Origin: Mytilus trossulus
Taxonomy: Eukaryota
Length of the DNA: 64,000 bases
NCBI RefSeq assembly: GCF_036588685.1
Contig: NC_086376.1
Location: 45,074,001 to 45,138,000, forward strand
Direction: 5' to 3'
Position numbers and translations under genes: made by a program. Under the pieces are notes generated by a model. The model was not told the origin of the DNA, searched no databases, and saw only the letters and a program-made list of their open reading frames with translations. Shown piece by piece: positions 58,660 to 64,000 of the stretch (the stretch's first letter is position 1; the number at the start of each line of letters is the position of its first letter).

Positions 58660-59630
58660 AACAAACAAGAGTACATACGCTGAAATGTTTCGCCTTGTTA
58701 AATTACTGACCATTGTTGAAAATCTTAATGCATTCAAGGTTTTACTGAAAGCTTTACAAACGCTAAACATTTTAATGTTATATGACAATATGTCAATGAC
58801 AAATAAACCGTGTCAGATAGACATTGAGACCTTACAACAATTAAACCATGAAAATGAGTCCAAGGCTAGATTACGTATACCGTACAATCATTTCATACAC
58901 GAAATATAGTTGAGCTAGTATTGCTTACAGTACTTGAAAACACAGACACAAATAGACAAAAGCTTAAAATTGAACAGGGAACCTTGAAAATGAAATAAAG
59001 CTCAGATGATACTAGACAGACAGTACACCTTATTATCATTCCATACATCAAATATAGACCGATTCCTTATAGTAATTGAAAAGAGACAGAAACTTAACAT
59101 TTTCAAATGAACATTGATAATCAAATTAAGGTAAGATTATACCAGCCAGACAGAAATGAACCCATAACAATCTTACCATACAACATACAAGTTCACCTAC
59201 TGCTATAGTATTTGATAAAAGGACATAATCACGTAATTTTAACATTCATCACAAATCCATGAAATGAGGTCGAGGTCAGGTGAACTCTTTCTGACGGATA
59301 TGTAAACTTTAGAAGGTTTCCAATTTGCAAGGAACCCATACACCAAATATAGTTATCCTATTACTCATAAGTGAGAAAATTCCAATGTCGCTGAACCATG
59401 AAAATGAGTTCATGAACCTCAAACAAGGACAATGAGGTCAAGGTCGTGAAAATGAGGTCAAGAACAATAGATTGGCGGACACTTTGTAACATAATGTATC
59501 TGCATACAAGATTTGAAGCATCCATGTCTTCTACTATCTAAAATATAATGCTTTATACCAATAGTTTATGCCATCGCCACATAGTGATACATATGTCTCG
59601 CATACATCGACAGTGGTTGAGGGCGAGACA
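58660..59630 (-). mobile_element. Degenerate Helentron-like non-autonomous repeat with internal 'ccatgaaaatgaggtcaaggt' tandem units
   Basis: Starts aaacaagag, has repeated ccatgaaaatgag motifs and a terminal hairpin tgtctcgc...gcgagaca. A similar relic lies at about 63550-63930. Confidence 0.45.
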
Positions 59631-61280
59631 GCAATGGGTTCAATTGTCGTTTATTATCAATGATTTCTATGAAGTGGCGATGAATGAACTCAATCATATG
59701 ACATATTTCTACCTTCGGATTACTGATCATTTTCTATTGTTCGTAGTTTCTGTCCATCTATTTTATCCTACTATCTGAGGATTGGTAGCACAGTTGGTGA
59801 CATTGGCTATAGGAGAGTTGGAACTGCTTAACATTTTTAAAAGAGCACCAGAGATTACCCTGATTTTTACATGTGTTGCTCATCCAATCTTTAATGTATA
59901 TATATATATATATTGACGTAAATACAAAATTTAATCCTGGCATCTATAATGAGTTTATTTTCAACCACTGGGCCGATCTTCTCCCTCTTTTAAAGATAAT
60001 AAACTAAAACCAGAAGAAACAAATTGTATGATTGCCATTAATCCCTGAAATGAACCAACTGACAGTTAAAATAAGTATAAAAAAGAATATGTGGTATGAT
60101 TGTTAATGAGACAACTCTCCACAAGAGACCACAAGACTTATTTGCAGAATATTTAAGTTTTTTTAAGGTTTTATCTATACTAATTTTCCAGATTCCAGTT
60201 AAATCTCTATAAATAGTCAAATATAGTCATTTAGGGTCAATAATTCCTGTTAGGAGTAAACTTTAATTTTACATATTTGTAGTTTTCCTTTTGTAGATCT
60301 TTTTTTTTTATTACATTTTCTGTCCATCTACTATATTTTCATACTATCAAAAATAATTTCAAGCAATTCTTTACAGTATCAATTTACGAGTTTTCTGTCC
60401 AACTATTATTTTTCAAGCAAATATACTAAAATCGGTGAAAATTCATTCTTTATGGGCAATAAGTATTTAAAGAATTATATCGCAAATATGGGCCATCTTT
60501 TTGGAGGCTAAATTGATGTTAGGTAGATAGTGACATTGAAGTTCTATACGTCGCCTAGATGGGTTCACGATTTTTGATGATTTGCCTGCATTTTACCCCT
60601 GCGTTCATATTAAGTCATGGTGATCAAAATCTTCAAATGTCTTATACTAAATACCCAAAAAGATGATTGTCAGTACCAATTTCCTTAGTTACTTCAGCGA
60701 AAAAGAGCATGCATCTAAAACGCTAACAAAAGAAAGACGAAGTGTGTCGGAAATAATTTACAAAAGTCCGTTGCGCAAGGATGAGCTAAACATTTTTTTT
60801 AACATGTTTAATTGATAGCAAACCAGGTTCTCTGAATTCTTAAATTAACCTTACATTTATATATATATTTTTTATTACACGAATTACAAGCTTTTCTCAA
60901 TAATGCAATAGACAGGAGTTTGAAAATGAATATTTGTAATCAAGCTACACGTAATCCTCAAGAATGGGTTCTACCCTGTATAGCGGTAATTATCCTCATA
61001 CATTAGTAATTTAGTTTTCAAATAAATGGCAAATGACTGATCCTTGTAAACCATCTTTGGGCTTATAAATTTAAATAAAAAAATGTATGAATGAAACTTG
61101 AAAGGGGGTATATATTGCTGGTTTCTCAGATATGAAATTGTCATATATTTTGTATGCACTGTACTGCATTGCAACGAATTGACACATGACGTTAAATCAC
61201 AAACAATGATCTAAAACGTCACAATTACGACTTGGAAACCTTAGTTCGGGATCAGAGTAAAACAAAACCAAAAGAAAAAA

Positions 61281-62574
61281 ATGGGAGCATCATTTGCTAA
61301 GCTCAATTGCTGTGGAAAAATACGCAATAACAAAATAGGCATTGTTCAAAGTTCGATCGAAATAATAAAAAGAACCGAAACTCGACCATCTCCAGAAATA
61401 TTGCAGGAGTTACAGAGTGTTGGAATTATTTCTGAACGTTCAGGTGGTATGAGCTTTATTGTCGAGACATTAACAGAAAATGAGATGATAAAACCAAGGA
61501 GACTTCCAGCTATATCTGTATCTAAAGTGTCACCAAGAAGACTCGCTGACAAATCCAGGGCTAGTACGTCAAAAGGTAATCTTTCAGATTAAGAAAAAAT
61601 AACTTGAAAGTTGAATTTGAGAACTATCGAGAACTATTGAGAACTCCGAAGCTGATATTGAGAAATGAATGGAATGTGAATTTGGGAATTAACTGGAAGA
61701 TTGAATTTGAGTTGTGAAGCATACTATGCATCACACATGCGGCTATGTTCATGAAGACACGAATAAGAAATTTTCATAGTTTAATCGTAGATAATTATAT
61801 AAAATCTACTGTATTTTTATTCTTTCAATATATTACTGCTTTCTTATTCAGGACTTTAAAGGGAACAGCAAATGTCGGTATATTGCATTTATGTAAAAAA
61901 CGATTTTTTAACAGCATTATGTTTTTTTTCTCGTTTAGAAATCGGTAGTATATATGATAATGCAGATAAGGAACTTATGGTCGAGATTCGACGCATGGAA
62001 ACCTTGGCTGATAAAGGTAATTCTTAACTGATTCGCAAAATCATTTTAATGTACACATCATAGTTAATTCGGTGACTTTAAAGATTGATATCATTTTTAT
62101 TAACGTATGTGGTATTGAGGCCGAGTTATGGAAGCCAAATATATTCAAAATTAGATGGAGCACATAAACCAATTTGCTTTGCTCATTGTTGAAGGCTGTA
62201 CGGTTATTTATATTTAATTTCAAATTTCTGTGTCATTTGGTTTCTTGTGGTGAAATGTTGTCTCGTTGGAAATCTTACCACATCTTCTTCTTTTTTAAAT
62301 TGTTAGATAAAAACATACAACAAACAAACATATACAAATTCGAACAACAGCAACCCGTACAATCGGTACAATCAAACGACTAGGGATTTAGTTAAATATA
62401 CGGATTTGGAACTTTAACTGCTATTTTGTTCGAATAGATAAACTCTCTTTATCATGTTTTTACAAAACAATACAATATACAATTTGTCTTTTGTTGTATT
62501 TAGGAAAAATGGCGAAAAAGTCGGAAAGAAGAAGGCAGGCAGCAAAAGAAAGAAGGGATAATCGAAATATATAA
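61281..62574 (+). CDS. Stathmin-domain-containing protein 1 (STMND1)-like, ~147 aa, 3 exons
   Basis: Exons 61281-61575, 61939-62016 and 62504-62574 (phases 1,1). MG start with a CC motif. RPSPEILQELQSVGII...GGMSFIV...KPRRLP resembles the STMND1 conserved block, followed by a basic helical tail. Confidence 0.6.
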
Positions 62575-63387
62575 AAATCAGAAAAAACGAAAATAAATTA
62601 AAGACAGGAAATAGAGTAGAACTAGCTATCTCTCAGACTAAAAGAGAAAAGAGAAGAAAACCTGCCAAACCTATCGTTTCCGTATAAACTTTACGATATA
62701 AAATAATTTAAAAAAGAATTAACGAATATTTTTTAATGCGAATACTTATTTATATTGTATTTCTTAATTTCAACGAATAAATTTATTTTTACTTTCAAAC
62801 TTAACATGTTTTATTTTTTATTTTGGAAATGGTTTGTGTTTGTTTTACTTTGAATATGATAATGGAGATGGAGAATTTTTCAAAAAGACACCAACCCGAC
62901 CAAAGAGCAGAAAACAGTCGAAGGTCACCAATCATCTAAAACTTCCGCTCCAGGAGGTGTGCTTAAGCTGGCCCCAAAACAAAAATGTGTACCTAGTACT
63001 AGTATGTCAAAAGCTCCTGATTTAGGACAGGGGCAAATATGAGCATGGTTTAACATGTGTTTTTCAAAGATCTATACTGCCCCTACCTCTAGCCAAAAGT
63101 AGAAAAAACAAACACACAGCAATACACGCACAGTAAAACTATACAATATATTACATCAGGTAGCGTCCTACAATGAAAAGACGAAATCAACATTTGATTG
63201 GTTGAAACTATCCCACTTGGGATCGAACAAAACTTCATATTCCCCTCTAAACGTCGGGATTGCTTTGTGTGACGTTACCATGAAACATTAACCGCTGGGC
63301 CTAGAAATAGTAGAAAAACTAAGATGTACTCAAATAGTATTACAGTAATGCAACTTTATACACATTATCATTATTCTATCATGGCAC

Positions 63388-63480
63388 TACGGCTTCCTCC
63401 ACGAAAAATAACTGGCCGCCACTAAATATCCCAAAAGCGGTGATTAAAAGTGGTGTTACAATACCAAAACCCAATCAAAC
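63388..63480 (+). mobile_element. 3' part of a SINE-like repeat
   Basis: 'ggcttcctccacgaaaaataactggccgccact...aaagtggtgttacaataccaaaacccaatcaa', similar to 35-150. Confidence 0.45.
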
Positions 63481-64000
63481 TCATTGTTCTATCACAAGTA
63501 GGTCCGATCACACTAACTCCAATCAACATTGAATATTGTCATTCAAAGTCATTCGACCATGTCATAGGGGTTATGGCACCAAAACAGTCATCAGACTGAT
63601 ATTTACTGATAACTTGAAACAAAAGTTCATTGATTTATCACAGTCAAGTAGTGCCTATAATTAAACCAACTTAGGCAGAAAACTTAACATTGGAAATTGT
63701 TCATTAATTCAAAGTTACTTTAGACCACGACTATGGGGGACAGGACATCAAAATGGTCGTTTAACTGATGTTTATTAATAGAAATGCAACTTCATGTCAA
63801 ATATCAGTAATGATCTATTGCAAGTAGTTCCTAACAAACTAATTCAACACAAAACTTAACAATTGTTGATGCCTCTGCCCAGTCCCTGCCAGAAAAGCAA
63901 TCTCTATGTCTCGCTGGCAAGCCAAAAACAAAGTGCTTGTATGAACTGAAGCCGGGTTGGGGATTTCTTTAATTCATCAGTGGAAGTAAAATATTGCACT

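Overview
AT-rich, intron-rich animal genomic DNA. The repeat families look like a bivalve, probably a Mytilus mussel (inference; no marker gene present). Four spliced host genes were reconstructed by hand from GT-AG sites and reading phase: (1) an unrecognised acidic/Lys-rich gene on the minus strand (CDS 12129-3461); (2) PRCC (19302-25009, 7 exons); (3) a type I membrane protein with a Delta/Jagged-type N-terminal C2 (MNNL) domain but no canonical DSL or EGF repeats, plus a mucin-like stalk (38816-~56157); (4) an STMND1-like gene (61281-62574). Mobile DNA includes a young BEL/Pao LTR retrotransposon (TSD ACATT) whose 5' part is replaced by a 660-bp inverted copy of its own 3' end plus host flank; a LINE split by a 1.48-kb solo LTR; a 3.1-kb non-autonomous DNA transposon with 69-bp CACGGTG TIRs and a 5-bp TSD (Transib/RAG-like); a near-identical 3.57-kb tandem duplication; about nine minimal type I hammerhead-ribozyme (retrozyme) motifs; a 32-copy 60-bp satellite; and several MITE/Helentron-like repeats. 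All coordinates were counted by hand, and repeat boundaries are approximate unless a TSD is given.
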